Positions 1-11,143 are shown, numbered from the whole stretch's first letter. The stretch: 62,216 nucleotides of DNA, filler included, from Globobulimina sp. (GCA_003354225.1; 14 parts of 14 records of this genome joined end to end with filler, not necessarily neighbours in it); one strand, 5' to 3'. Notes: generated by a model from the letters alone, not told the origin. Made by a program: numbers and translations.

Positions 1-204
1 TATTTGTGTTGTTATTGTATTATTTGTCTTGTGTTTGTATGGGATTGCATCGCGTTGGTATTCCGATTCCAAATTGCAACAATGTAGGACCTAGGACCTA
101 GGGTCTAATTTTAATTACCTAATTTAACAACACTCCCTTGTTTATGGTTAAATTAAAGTTTTTCAAAGTTTAAATCAAAAAAGCAAACATTTTTTTTATT
201 CGAA

Positions 205-3163
205 ATGGAGACATTATCATTCTCAATACTGTGTGACGAAGATGACAAAGAGAAAGAAAATAATGCATTTCTTCAAAATGTAACATTGCAATCAACTAAA
301 ACCAGCGTGGATTTATCACCGACAAAGAATCATCATTTAAATTCAATAAGAAATGCACAGAAAACAAATCATTTAAATGAATCGAACGAAGTAAAACAAC
401 AACGACCGAAATCAGTAGAACCACGAGTTAGAAAAAAAAGAAAAAGAAAAAGAAATAATTTAGCTTCACGAAGTTGTTCAACATCACCAAAAAAACAACA
501 ATACCAATCAACAAAATCAAACCATGTCGCACCAAACTCAAAGATTGATGATGATGAATTAAACACCGATTCAAAAAGAAAATTGAAATTGCATCGTCGA
601 AGAAAATCAAAAGTTGAAGAGGTTTGTGGTGTATATTTTGTTTATTTAATTTGGTTTAATTGTAAGCAAACATAAAGATTCACCGATTAAAAGCGGATAA
701 TAATCGTTTAAAATCTGAATTGACTGCATTCAAAGAGAAAGCATTTGATTTACAGTTAGTTCGCGCAGCACAAATTAAATTACAATCACTTCAATCTGAG
801 TATAATTTATTGGCTCAAAAAGTTAAATTTATTCTCTTTATGTATGTTTGGTCCAGTTTGGAATTGAATATCGATGCAAATATTGTACCAATAAAACAGA
901 ATAATGCGTATGATGAAGAAATACAAATTTTACGAGATAATGAATCAAAATTTGATCTGCAAATTTCAGAAATGAAGCAAAAAGTTAATTTTTATGTGTA
1001 AAAAAATAAAATAAAACTACTGATTGTTTTGAAATAAAGAATAAACAAATTAGTGATAAATTAAATGCTGAAAGAATGGAAAGAAATGCATATCAAACTC
1101 TAATGGATACATTAATAGCGGAGAAAGTTAATTTTTTTGTATTTTGCTTTTGATTGTTTGAACATACAAAATAACACAGAATGAGAGATATGAAAGTATG
1201 ATGCAAGAATATGTTACGCAAATTGACAGATTAAAAATGCAAAAAAATGAAATCAGCGTGAATTTATCAGCAAAGAATCACCATTTAAATTCAATACGAA
1301 ATACACAGAAAACAAATCATTTGCTAGTAAATGAACCAAACGAATTAAAACAACAACGACCAAAATCTGTAGAACCACGAGTTAGAATAAAAAGAAAAAT
1401 AAAAACAAATAATTTGGATTCACGAAGTTTTTCAACATCGCCATCACCAAAAAAACAATCAAGAAAATCAAACCACATCGCAACAAACCCAAAGTGTTAT
1501 GGCCACGGATTAAACACCGTTTCGGTTTCAAAAAGAAAATTGAAATTACATCGTAGGCGAAAATCAAAAGATGCAGAGGTTTGTGGTGTATATTTTGTTT
1601 ATTTGGTTCAACCAAAAACCACCAAAACAAACATAAAGATTCAGCGATTAAAAGCGGATAATAATCGTTTAGAATCTGAATTGGATGAATTCAAAGATAA
1701 AGCATTTGAAAGAGAAGAATCATTATTAAAACAATTACAAATTTCAGAAATTGAGGTTAAGTCATTTGTATTTGTTTTAATGTCTGTTTATTATAACGAT
1801 ATTATTGGATGTGTTTAGAATAATGATTCCAAAAAGAAATCCCATCGCAAAATTAAATCAATGTCTTTGGTACAAGACCAAAACTCCAAACTCAGACGAA
1901 AATTAAGGGAAAAAGAATGGGACAGCACAGATTTGCAGTTAGTCCGCGCTGCACAAACTAAACGAAATCAACTGGAAAAAGAACATGTATGTACTTATTT
2001 ATTTTCTTATTTTGTATTTGATTGTTTGAACATATAAAATAACACAGAATGAGAAATACGAAAGTATGAAACAAGAACATGTTACGACAATTGGGAGACT
2101 AAACATGGAAAACAATGAAATTAACGAAAATTTTTGCGATTTAAAAATGAAACATGAGAGTAAATGCGAAGAGAATAATAAAATGAAAGATGAAAAAAAT
2201 AAATTAATCAATAAATTGAGCGAATGTGAATATAAAAACGAAAATGAACGGCAAAGATTACAAATTCTTATTGATGAAGCTATAAATAAATGTGATGATT
2301 ATCAACTAATTTCTTCACAGGTTTGTTTCAAACATTTTGATTTGTTGATATAATAAATATTTAATCAATGCATAGAATGAGGCATTAAAATCAGAATTAT
2401 CAGATATTGAGGATATGAAATCAAAATATGAAGCATTATTGAAAGAATTCAATGAAAAGGATTCACAAATTAAAGAAATGGAAATAAAATTAACAAATAA
2501 AAGTGAAACAAATGCCATACAGATCTGCAACGAAAAAATATCAAATTTAAAAATAGAAAAACAAATAGTTTTGTGTTCATTTACATATATTTATTCATTG
2601 CCAAAATTGTTATTAAAGCAGAAAATCAACAGATTGAGAATAATTCAAACCAGCAAAGAATGAGTTTATGGAAATTAGAAAAGCAATATGAAACATTTAA
2701 AATCGAGCATGACAGAGTTTTTATATTAAAAGATATTGAGATTATGGTCTTACAAAATACTGTAAAAGATAAGGTGAGAATTATTAATAAATTGAGTATG
2801 AAAATGGAGGAAATAAATAATGAGGAATCAATTGAAAAAATTAAATATTTAGAAAGAAAAATAAACGAAGAAAGAGAACGTTTTGATTCGTTGGTCGAAA
2901 CATTTGAAATGAGTACGATTGAAAACAAAAAAATTGCAGATTTATATCAAGACGAAATTAAAACATTACAATCAAAAATTTATTCAGGTAAAGGCCGATG
3001 TAATTATGTTCAGAAAATTAGATTGGAGTACAATGAGTTATTAAAAGATAGAGATACTAAAATTAAAAGATTGACTACGATAAAAAAAAATTATGAAAAT
3101 GAGTTGCTTCAAATTACAATAAATCATACACAAGAAATTCGACAATTAAAACAACAAAAATGA
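205..3163 (+). CDS. Multi-exon coiled-coil protein with an internal duplication
   Basis: Consecutive K/E-rich ORFs are separated by short GT...AG introns (e.g. GAG|GTTTGT...ATAAAG|ATT at ~622-678, repeated at ~1579-1638). The block NHHLNSIRN..QQRPKSVEPRVR..KRKLKLHRRRKSK occurs twice. Confidence 0.7.
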
Positions 3164-3310
3164 ATTAAACTATGATGTAATATTTTATCTTAACTTATTT
3201 TAATTTAATTTAGTGGGTTTTGTTAACTTAATCGTTTGAAACTTGACTCAAACAGAACATCAAGAAATCAATGCACAATTCATCTGTCATGACTGTCCAT
3301 TGTACAATTG

Positions 3311-3472
3311 TATAAAGTATTTGTGTGTTAGATTGATTCTTGATTCTTGATTTTGATTTTGATTTTTGATTTCGAAAACTTTGATTTTGATTTACTAAGA
3401 GTTGATTTTTGATTCTTGTCTACGAAAGTTGATTCTGTCGACGAAAGTTGATTAACACACAAATACTTTATA
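3311..3472. mobile_element. 162-bp MITE with perfect 20-bp TIRs and 9-bp target-site duplication
   Basis: TATAAAGTATTTGTGTGTTA (3311-3330) and TAACACACAAATACTTTATA (3453-3472) are reverse complements. GTACAATTG flanks both sides (3302-3310, 3473-3481). The interior is made of TTGATT(C/T) repeats. Confidence 0.85.
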
Positions 3473-3762
3473 GTACAATTGTCAGCTACTTATTTTAGCT
3501 CAGCACTTTTTTTGAAACCTAATTCATTTTAAAATTTTGAACTAAAGAGGAAGTGATCACCATCTTCCGTGTGTGCGAGGATAATGTATACAGTTTCAAA
3601 CGCATTCTTGTTTCAAATTATTCATGTTCTAAAGTAATATGAAATTCTACGTAAATTATAATAAATTAAAAATCATGAAAAAACTCATGAAAAAAGTGAA
3701 TGCAACCAAACACTAAAAAGAACAATGCAAATGTCATTTTTTATAAATTATAATACATATAT

Positions 3763-4358
3763 TTACAATAAATCATAATCAGTTACCTTGTTTTGTTCCA
3801 ATTCTTTAGCAATCTCATCAGCTAAATCTAAGGTATCGCATGTTTTATGTACAACAGCGAGTGGTTCATCATCGTGTCCTCCTTCACCTTTGTTTCGAAA
3901 TGCACCCAATTCCGTTGTTTGTCCGTATAAGGGTCGTTTTTCCTTATTTCTCAATCTCATATAAAATGTTAATAAAAAAATAGTTACACATAAAATAATT
4001 ATACCAAATATAATTATCCATATCCATGGTTTTGATGTATTGAATATATCTTTTTTTCCATCTTGTTTGGATTCAACATATTCTGTTGTTGTAATTGCAT
4101 TTGATATCACCACTAAATCAAAAATATCTGTCTCATTTTTAATTAAACCATTTAACAATCCTTCATTTACAATCTCATCCAAAAATTGTGATAAAAACGC
4201 ATTTTCATTAACGTTATTCACAATATATTGCCATATTTCATCATTAAAGGCAAAATCTACCACAATCTGTATATTATTTTCTTCCGCTTGTAATAATAGT
4301 CGATTTGATGATGAATTGGAAATAATAATAATTGATTCCAATCGTGATATAATAAAAC
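3763..4358 (-). CDS. C-terminal part of a single-pass membrane protein (5'-truncated)
   Basis: Hydrophobic helix WIWIIIFGIIILCVTIFLLTFY is followed by basic RLRNKEKR. The frame is open to the contig end. Confidence 0.65.
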
Positions 4359-4458
4359 NNNNNNNNNNNNNNNNNNNNNNNNNNNNNNNNNNNNNNNNNN
4401 NNTTAATTAATTAANNNNNNNNNNNNNNNNNNNNNNNNNNNNNNNNNNNNNNNNNNNN
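4359..4458. other. Artificial contig linker (first of 13; others at 8816-8915, 13272-13371, 17728-17827, 22179-22278, 26629-26728, 31079-31178, 35529-35628, 39978-40077, 44427-44526, 48875-48974, 53323-53422, 57770-57869)
   Basis: Each linker is exactly 44 N + TTAATTAATTAA (stops in all six frames) + 44 N. The flanking contigs decrease in length from 4358 to 4347 bp. Confidence 0.98.
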
Positions 4459-4942
4459 AAGAAGTTTAGAAGTGTAAGCCTAAAAAGTCAATTGTTTTGT
4501 CTTAATTTTATATTATTCACTTCCTAACTTTGTCTTATTGCGGAATTGAAGGCTTTCCTTTTACAGTTTACACTGTTTGTGGCAATTTCTAGTTATTAAA
4601 AATTTCTAGTTATTAAAAATAAATCACCCTTCAAATTTATATACAGTCTCAAAAACAAATGGAAAATTTGCAAAAGACAAACTGGCGGAGATTTGCAAAA
4701 CAAAAAATTGCAAATTTAAAAATATATAATGTAGAAACGCAAAAGAAAAAAATCACAAAAAGCTGAACCTGACAAGAAACACAATTTGTAAAATAAACGA
4801 TTGCATAGAAAGCGTAAAAGGAATCCTGATCCCATCCCACCCAAAAATAAAATTAATATTAATAAGTATTTGTATATTTGTAAAAAACGGAAATGAAATA
4901 ATAATAATAGTTGAATTGCATAAATAACAATGAAAATGACAA

Positions 4943-7900
4943 TCAAATATTATTAATCTTGTTTTGTTTACGTTTGGTTCGATTACGATTGCGAAATCGT
5001 GGTTTTTTTTTCCTATAATTTCTATTGTTATGATTTTTATGAAGAATTTTATTGTCATCATATAAATCAACTTCATTTTGTAGTAATTGTATAGATTGCA
5101 TTGATGAGTGTAAATCGCTATGAATATTTATATTGCGCTTATTGGACTTATCAATAATCAAATCGGTCCAATATAATTTATTTTCATTCCAAAATGATAC
5201 TAATCGCTGCTTATTTTTTGAAGATAACTGCGTTGATAAATTGACATAATTATTTTTATAATGTTCTTCATTGACTTTCTGTTGCAACAATTTGGAATAA
5301 ACAATAGATCTTCGTCGCGTATTTTTATTTATTTCAAAAATTTGCTTGAACTGTTTTCTCGAATTGAGGGAAAACATAGAAACCCAGGTTCCATTCAAAT
5401 GTTCTTCCAAAATGGTTGCAAATAACGACAACGTATTAAATGAAAACCAGCCGGAGCTAAATAAAGGAAATGGAAAATCGAGAACTTCATAGGACTGCGT
5501 CGAACTTAATGCCATTTCCAACTCTTCGTACGACTTCACATACATTGTCCGCTTGCAATCATATTTATAATTTTTAGCGTGAACATTATTGGATTTTGAT
5601 AAAAAGGAAATTTCAAATCCAGGATGTTTCTTATTGTTTATATTGGTTTCATCATTATTTGCGATCGATAAATGATGATATTTATTTATTATAGTACCAC
5701 CGGATAAAATATGATGGTGCGAATGCGTGGAATGTGAAGACGACGACGACGACGACGAGCAATGATGCGTTGTGGCATCAGTTGCAATCTTTGGATATGA
5801 AAATAATATATTTTTGCACTTTGAATTATTGATCAATGGCTCCATATCATTGTACAATGTGGTTAACGGCAACTTCCATTTCGATCCTAATTTAATGCAG
5901 AAATTCGTACATTCATTGAATTTGAATTTGTTCAGTTTGTACATCAAAGAGGTTTCAAACATGTTTACGGATAAAAATGTGATAAATGATAACCATAACT
6001 GAAACGATGTGATATTATCCATTTTGTCGTATTCCAAATAGGCTGTAATGGACAGCGAGTTATCATGAAATAGGATCTTATCATCATTATTAAAATCCGG
6101 TACTATGACCAACATCTTTTTAAATGTAGGCCTTCGAGGCAATTCTAATGATTTTAAGAATTTCTTGCGTTCTCTTCCATTCTCGGAAGCGAAGCCACCT
6201 TCGTACGATAAGCCAAACTTTTCATTCACTACAAACTCTGCGATACGTTTCTCGCTCCACCAACCATTATAAGTGCCCGACGATTCTAACGTCATTTCAG
6301 CATTTCGATTGCGCAGAAATTCAATATGTTGTTCCGCGGGGATGGCCCCAATTATTTTCCTACATTTTTGGATGATTAACATCCAGTCATTCCAATCAAA
6401 GGTCTGCCGCGTTGACAAGACATACGCACTATTTTTCAAATTGGAATACGGATACGATAAATCCCAGATATTTGACGATGATTCAGATGAACAATAAATA
6501 TGCGACATTTCCGATATCTCCAATGACGATGTAAAATGGAATCCATTTTTTCGACTTGTCCTGCTTCGACGAATTGGCGTAACCGGCTCAATGTGTTCAT
6601 GTTCAAAGCGAATCATCTCTTCTTCCGAAGTATCAATATCTTGACATTTAATATGTTTACGTGCCGGGGAAATGGGGGAAATTGGCGACCGCGATGACGT
6701 ATTGTTTGTAGAGCTGGAATTGTTTGAAGTGTGTACAGAATTATTTGATGAATACTCCTCTCTGTCGGTTACCAATGGCGAGGTGGAGGCCGATGGCAAT
6801 GGAGATGCTGACGCCAATGGAGAGTGATGAGATGGATGAATGATAACTGGTGGTATATATTTGTGCGGTATTGGCGGTTTGGTAGGTTTGGTTTTATTAT
6901 TATTCTCATTCTCATAATGAGAGGGAGAGGGGAACGTATTTAACAAATTTACGATATCTTTCCTTAATTGCACAATATTTGTAGAGGTGGACGGAGCATT
7001 AAACTCATACCGTTTCAGATTTGTATACGGATCGATGATACAAACCGATGGTATCTGTTGAATGTCATATAAATTAATAAAAGCAATCGAGTTGTCGGCG
7101 ATTTTGAGTTGATTAAAGAATATAAAATTTTGCTTAATAATCAAACCATAACGTTTATGTTTCCAAATCAATGGATTGCTCCATTGCGCTGTAAACCAAT
7201 CTGTGTCTTGAATATTTAGCATTATCCATTTATTCTCTCTGGAGCCCATTAAAATGGCCTCTTCGAAAGAACCATGAAAAACATACGATGGACTCTGTAG
7301 ATACCCATCATTCGCATTGTTACCGTTGTTACCAAGACTCTCTCCTTCCTTTTTTTTAATGATTCTCTGATGTAAACCGGGAGGAAGTGTGGGAGCCGGG
7401 TCAGGTGCCACTGCTTCGAATTCACCATTCTTGGCGGTAACAGGATACGAATGGTCCCATAATTTTAGAAATTTAATAATTTGTTGTTTTCGTTTGGAAA
7501 TAAATTCTTCATTTTGCCATTTGGCTTCGTCATCATTTCTTTTTTCTTCATTATGTATATTGTGCTGAATCAGAATGGATCGGTCAGCAATTGTATTAAC
7601 GGAAATTGTCTGATGAATGTCTTGCATTCCAATCATTTCTGTAAAGTTTTCAGTAACATGGGATGTAAACTCATCCGGAATGCTGACAATTTGATGCAGC
7701 GCATTGCGCATTTCGTGTTTTGTACCTTCCACAGCAGACAATGCCGGCGCAGGTCCATAAAAATAATCACTGGGCTTTGCAATGTTGTGTTTTTTGAGCA
7801 TAGATAATGGTGACAGGGATATCGAGGAGGTTGATGATGATAGAACTTTGGAGTTGGACGCAAATGAGGATGATGAGGATGATTTGGGTGCGGTGCCAGC

Positions 7901-8629
7901 GTCACTGGCTTGCAATTGAGTTGGTTGTGTGAATGAAGACATGTGTGTTTGTGTTTGTGTTTGTGTTATGTTTGTGGTAGTCATAGGCGTAGTGGTTGCG
8001 GTCAGGTCATACATAGGTTTTGTAAGACTACTTGCCGGACCATACGGATTCAGCATATATGGTTGCTGTGCATGGGAATGTGAGTGTGAATGAAGATGAT
8101 TATTATATTTGTTGAATGGGTTTAATGGGTAATGCCACATCGGTTGCATGGGCGGAAGAGGAAGAGGAAGAGAAATATGTTGTTGTTGTTGAGCCATTTG
8201 GAATAAATGGTAATGATGGTGTTGGTGTTGCGGATATTGATACACATACATTGGATTTGTATTATTCAGCGAAATACTGTTCATATTAGTCACTATATTC
8301 TGATGACAATCGGTACTAATCCCAGAGGTTAGGGACGGATGGCGGGAGTCGCCTGAACTGGCTGTATTTGCAGGTGGTTTTAGTGCAGGAGTAGCGGGAG
8401 AATTTGTAGTCGTAGTCAATGTACTGTTATTTTTGTTATTCTGTGCCTGTGCACTTCCAGAACCCCCAAATGCATAGTTTGAGTACGGTAAAGTTGATGG
8501 ATTTGTCATTGTATTCAGTAAATAGGAGCAATGAATACCATTCGATAAAATCGCACTAATATTATTTTGGATTACGTCTTTGTTTTTGTGTTTGTCTAAA
8601 ACGTCTTCATTTATCGATTTTGAACTCAT
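4943..8629 (-). CDS. 1228-aa protein with a UAS (thioredoxin-like, UBXN7-type) domain and S/H/P/Q low-complexity regions
   Basis: FHGSFEEAILMGSRENKWIMLNIQD...IWKH..IIKQNFIF...YDIQQIPSVCIIDPYT resembles UAS domains. The ORF is long and uninterrupted. Confidence 0.7.
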   Translation of the reverse strand: MSSKSINEDVLDKHKNKDVIQNNISAILSNGIHCSYLLNTMTNPSTLPYSNYAFGGSGSAQAQNNKNNSTLTTTTNSPATPALKPPANTASSGDSRHPSLTSGISTDCHQNIVTNMNSISLNNTNPMYVYQYPQHQHHHYHLFQMAQQQQHISLPLPLPPMQPMWHYPLNPFNKYNNHLHSHSHSHAQQPYMLNPYGPASSLTKPMYDLTATTTPMTTTNITQTQTQTHMSSFTQPTQLQASDAGTAPKSSSSSSFASNSKVLSSSTSSISLSPLSMLKKHNIAKPSDYFYGPAPALSAVEGTKHEMRNALHQIVSIPDEFTSHVTENFTEMIGMQDIHQTISVNTIADRSILIQHNIHNEEKRNDDEAKWQNEEFISKRKQQIIKFLKLWDHSYPVTAKNGEFEAVAPDPAPTLPPGLHQRIIKKKEGESLGNNGNNANDGYLQSPSYVFHGSFEEAILMGSRENKWIMLNIQDTDWFTAQWSNPLIWKHKRYGLIIKQNFIFFNQLKIADNSIAFINLYDIQQIPSVCIIDPYTNLKRYEFNAPSTSTNIVQLRKDIVNLLNTFPSPSHYENENNNKTKPTKPPIPHKYIPPVIIHPSHHSPLASASPLPSASTSPLVTDREEYSSNNSVHTSNNSSSTNNTSSRSPISPISPARKHIKCQDIDTSEEEMIRFEHEHIEPVTPIRRSRTSRKNGFHFTSSLEISEMSHIYCSSESSSNIWDLSYPYSNLKNSAYVLSTRQTFDWNDWMLIIQKCRKIIGAIPAEQHIEFLRNRNAEMTLESSGTYNGWWSEKRIAEFVVNEKFGLSYEGGFASENGRERKKFLKSLELPRRPTFKKMLVIVPDFNNDDKILFHDNSLSITAYLEYDKMDNITSFQLWLSFITFLSVNMFETSLMYKLNKFKFNECTNFCIKLGSKWKLPLTTLYNDMEPLINNSKCKNILFSYPKIATDATTHHCSSSSSSSSHSTHSHHHILSGGTIINKYHHLSIANNDETNINNKKHPGFEISFLSKSNNVHAKNYKYDCKRTMYVKSYEELEMALSSTQSYEVLDFPFPLFSSGWFSFNTLSLFATILEEHLNGTWVSMFSLNSRKQFKQIFEINKNTRRRSIVYSKLLQQKVNEEHYKNNYVNLSTQLSSKNKQRLVSFWNENKLYWTDLIIDKSNKRNINIHSDLHSSMQSIQLLQNEVDLYDDNKILHKNHNNRNYRKKKPRFRNRNRTKRKQNKINNI

Positions 8630-8915
8630 TTGAAGTCACCAGTCAAAATGTTAAACCTTTCACTCCTAATTATTATCTAATGCAATAAAATCACAATAAA
8701 AACATAAAGCAAAAGAGAATTAAGTGTTTTGGTTACTTGAAAAATTTTAACGGAAAAACAGTCATCAAATTTATTATTACCACCGAAATATTGCAAGCAA
8801 AATCCAGCTGTATAANNNNNNNNNNNNNNNNNNNNNNNNNNNNNNNNNNNNNNNNNNNNTTAATTAATTAANNNNNNNNNNNNNNNNNNNNNNNNNNNNN
8901 NNNNNNNNNNNNNNN

Positions 8916-9200
8916 ATAAAGCAAAAAGTACCGCATAAATTAATAGCAAAACATGAAAAGAAAGAGGAAAACAATGACATTGATATTGATATTGACATTG
9001 GTAAACAAACAAAAGCAGTGATTGAATATGTCTCAATTACATCGTTTAATGAATGGCACGAAGGAACGCAAATTGAACCTTCTGTAGCAAAAATTAGCCA
9101 AAGTGGCTATAAATATATGGATTTTGAGAATGAAGGAGGACCCGATGCTTATATGAAAATGACACATGAGTTTGTTAACTCCTTTTTGAAACAAATATAA
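8916..9200 (+). CDS. MANEA: GH99 endo-alpha-mannosidase, C-terminal fragment
   Basis: Motif VSITSFNEWHEGTQIEP (GH99/GH71 catalytic NEWHE), followed by Y.D......PDAYM.MT. Confidence 0.85.
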   Translation: MKQKVPHKLIAKHEKKEENNDIDIDIDIGKQTKAVIEYVSITSFNEWHEGTQIEPSVAKISQSGYKYMDFENEGGPDAYMKMTHEFVNSFLKQI

Positions 9201-9244
9201 TTTAAAAACCTAAAAAATCTATAAAGTTTTCCACTTTAACTATC

Positions 9245-10633
9245 ATGTCGTTTGAACTGTACGATACCAGTAACAATTTATCAAGAGCCGACTCCACCTT
9301 TTACCATAACCATGAATGGCTCAAATTATTGCTTTGGTTTTTAAATGGTTTCACCACCGTCATCACCATTTGCAACTTACTATATTTGAAGACAACGTTC
9401 CCCAAAGTCAAAGACATTCCATCTAAAAAATTATTAGAAGACTCCATGTCCTCCATCGGACATAAAATAATCAATAAAAACATGAATGACATCATCGACA
9501 TCACAGATTCCATGTCCTTATCGCAAACAGATAGCATGCGGACACATCCAGCGAGAACCGATTCATTCATCCGTCGGGAGTCCAAATATAGAGCTGGAAT
9601 ACAAAAATATTTTTATGTCGTGTCCGTAATTCCATGTTGCGTCTCTTATGCAGGTCATTACGGCGCTCGTTATCCATCCGACGCTTCCTGGATATTCCCA
9701 GGCATGAACATCGCGATTGGAATTGGCTTTTTATGCTTCATTCGTATGATGGTGATGTCGTGCGAAGGTTGGACAGAAATCAAACGCGCATTAATCACAA
9801 AGCCGGATGAATGTGAATCGTGTCGCAGTCGTCCATTGTATAAGAAATGCTGCAGAACGTGTTGCTGTAAACCATTTTTTTTGAAGGAAAACGCCTACGA
9901 AGGCTTGAAGCAAAGGATATTATTTTGCTGTTTGATTTTAGTGAAACCAATCATAAATTACATAGGCGCTATGTTTGAGATTGATTATCATTCAGATACA
10001 ACTAATCAACGCATAGTGGCGTATGCTATGCAAACATTAACAATGTTTACTACTTTTATACCGTTGAATGTGATGCGTTCGTTCCATGATGCTTTGTTGC
10101 CATATACGAGAGTGCGCAGATCGGGCATTAAAAGGGCATTAGTCGGCGTTTTGGCGCCGGTCTGCCAAATCCAAGAGTTTTGTATACATTTTGTTTGGAT
10201 GCATTGGGATATCAAAGGCTTTGAAGGCATCAATGATACGTATAAATGGTGCTGCGTCTATGGTGTTGTGTTGGTGGTTGAGATGACATTTATTAGTATG
10301 ATTATTACATTTGTAGCATATCGGCCAAATGATTTACGGTTATGGGAATATCCAGAGTCGTTTTTGAGGAAACATGGCTATAAAGGAAGTATGAAGGATG
10401 AGGAGTTTTTATTTGGTAAGAACGGAATTATTGATAATGTGGAAGAGGAGGTACCATCAAAGGAAGCATACCGTTACAGTGGTAATCTTGGACATAATCA
10501 AGGACTGAACCAAGGTGGCAAATTTATATTAAATGCATCACAATCACAATCTCATTCGCATAATGGTCAGATCACTGATCTACGAACACTTAATAATCCG
10601 TTTATTTTGTCTGAGGATAAATCCATTCAATAA
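9245..10633 (+). CDS. Multi-pass membrane protein, OST-alpha/TMEM184-like
   Basis: About 7 hydrophobic segments, a Cys-rich loop (CCRTCCCKP), a Cys-ILVKP segment and a terminal VVEMTFISMIITFVAY resemble the solute-transporter-alpha family. Confidence 0.65.
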   Translation: MSFELYDTSNNLSRADSTFYHNHEWLKLLLWFLNGFTTVITICNLLYLKTTFPKVKDIPSKKLLEDSMSSIGHKIINKNMNDIIDITDSMSLSQTDSMRTHPARTDSFIRRESKYRAGIQKYFYVVSVIPCCVSYAGHYGARYPSDASWIFPGMNIAIGIGFLCFIRMMVMSCEGWTEIKRALITKPDECESCRSRPLYKKCCRTCCCKPFFLKENAYEGLKQRILFCCLILVKPIINYIGAMFEIDYHSDTTNQRIVAYAMQTLTMFTTFIPLNVMRSFHDALLPYTRVRRSGIKRALVGVLAPVCQIQEFCIHFVWMHWDIKGFEGINDTYKWCCVYGVVLVVEMTFISMIITFVAYRPNDLRLWEYPESFLRKHGYKGSMKDEEFLFGKNGIIDNVEEEVPSKEAYRYSGNLGHNQGLNQGGKFILNASQSQSHSHNGQITDLRTLNNPFILSEDKSIQ

Positions 10634-10804
10634 AATTTTTTTATATTTTTTTACATGATGAGTTAAATAGTTTTGTTAAAATTGTTTTACCAAAAAGCAG
10701 TAATTTAGACATTACCGATCAAAAACGTACCTCTTTACATCGGAAAACACAACTTGTACGTAATAAAAACACAAATTAGCTGAATCACAAAATGAAATAA
10801 AAAA

Positions 10805-10861
10805 TGTGATTGGGATTTGAACCCAAATCTTATTAAGATGCTCTCAATGAGCTATCATCAC
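10805..10861 (-). pseudogene. Collapsed tRNA-like element (57 nt) followed by T6
   Basis: Minus strand reads GTGATGA TA GCTC ATTGA GAGC A TCTT AAT AAGA T TTGGG TTCAAAT CCCAA TCAC A TTTTTT. It has a D-stem, T-stem, B-box and Pol III terminator, but shortened acceptor and anticodon arms. Confidence 0.6.
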
Positions 10862-10996
10862 AATAAATTGGCAATCTCGTCTTATTTGTTGTCTCAACGG
10901 CATAATTAACCTACCATATATGCGATGTAATACTGTTTTTAAATAATCTCTCCAAAAGTTGAAGTCCGATCACCACAATGAGAATTAGCTCAGTAG

Positions 10997-11143
10997 TAGG
11001 TCCTGCATTGTTACAATGTGAAAAATCTGCTTCAACTCCGTTACAATCCTTTAAGAAAAAAAGTTTGAAGTTGTTACAATTTGTTGCAATTGCGATGTGA
11101 CCTAGGACCTAGGGTCAAATTTTAATTACGTAATTTACCAACA
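10997..11143. mobile_element. TAGG-terminated MITE-like repeat cluster
   Basis: TAGGTC...GACCTA ends at 10997-11104 are followed by GGACCTAGGGTC. 11099-11143 matches 88-132 on another contig at about 42/45 nt. Confidence 0.55.

Noticed and set aside
205..3163. Fragmented ORFs as evidence of an alternative genetic code or pseudogenes
   Set aside because: Where I checked them, the breaks coincide with GT-AG introns that restore the frame (also GDH, trypsin, Prp4, PRCP). TAA, TAG and TGA all end genes.
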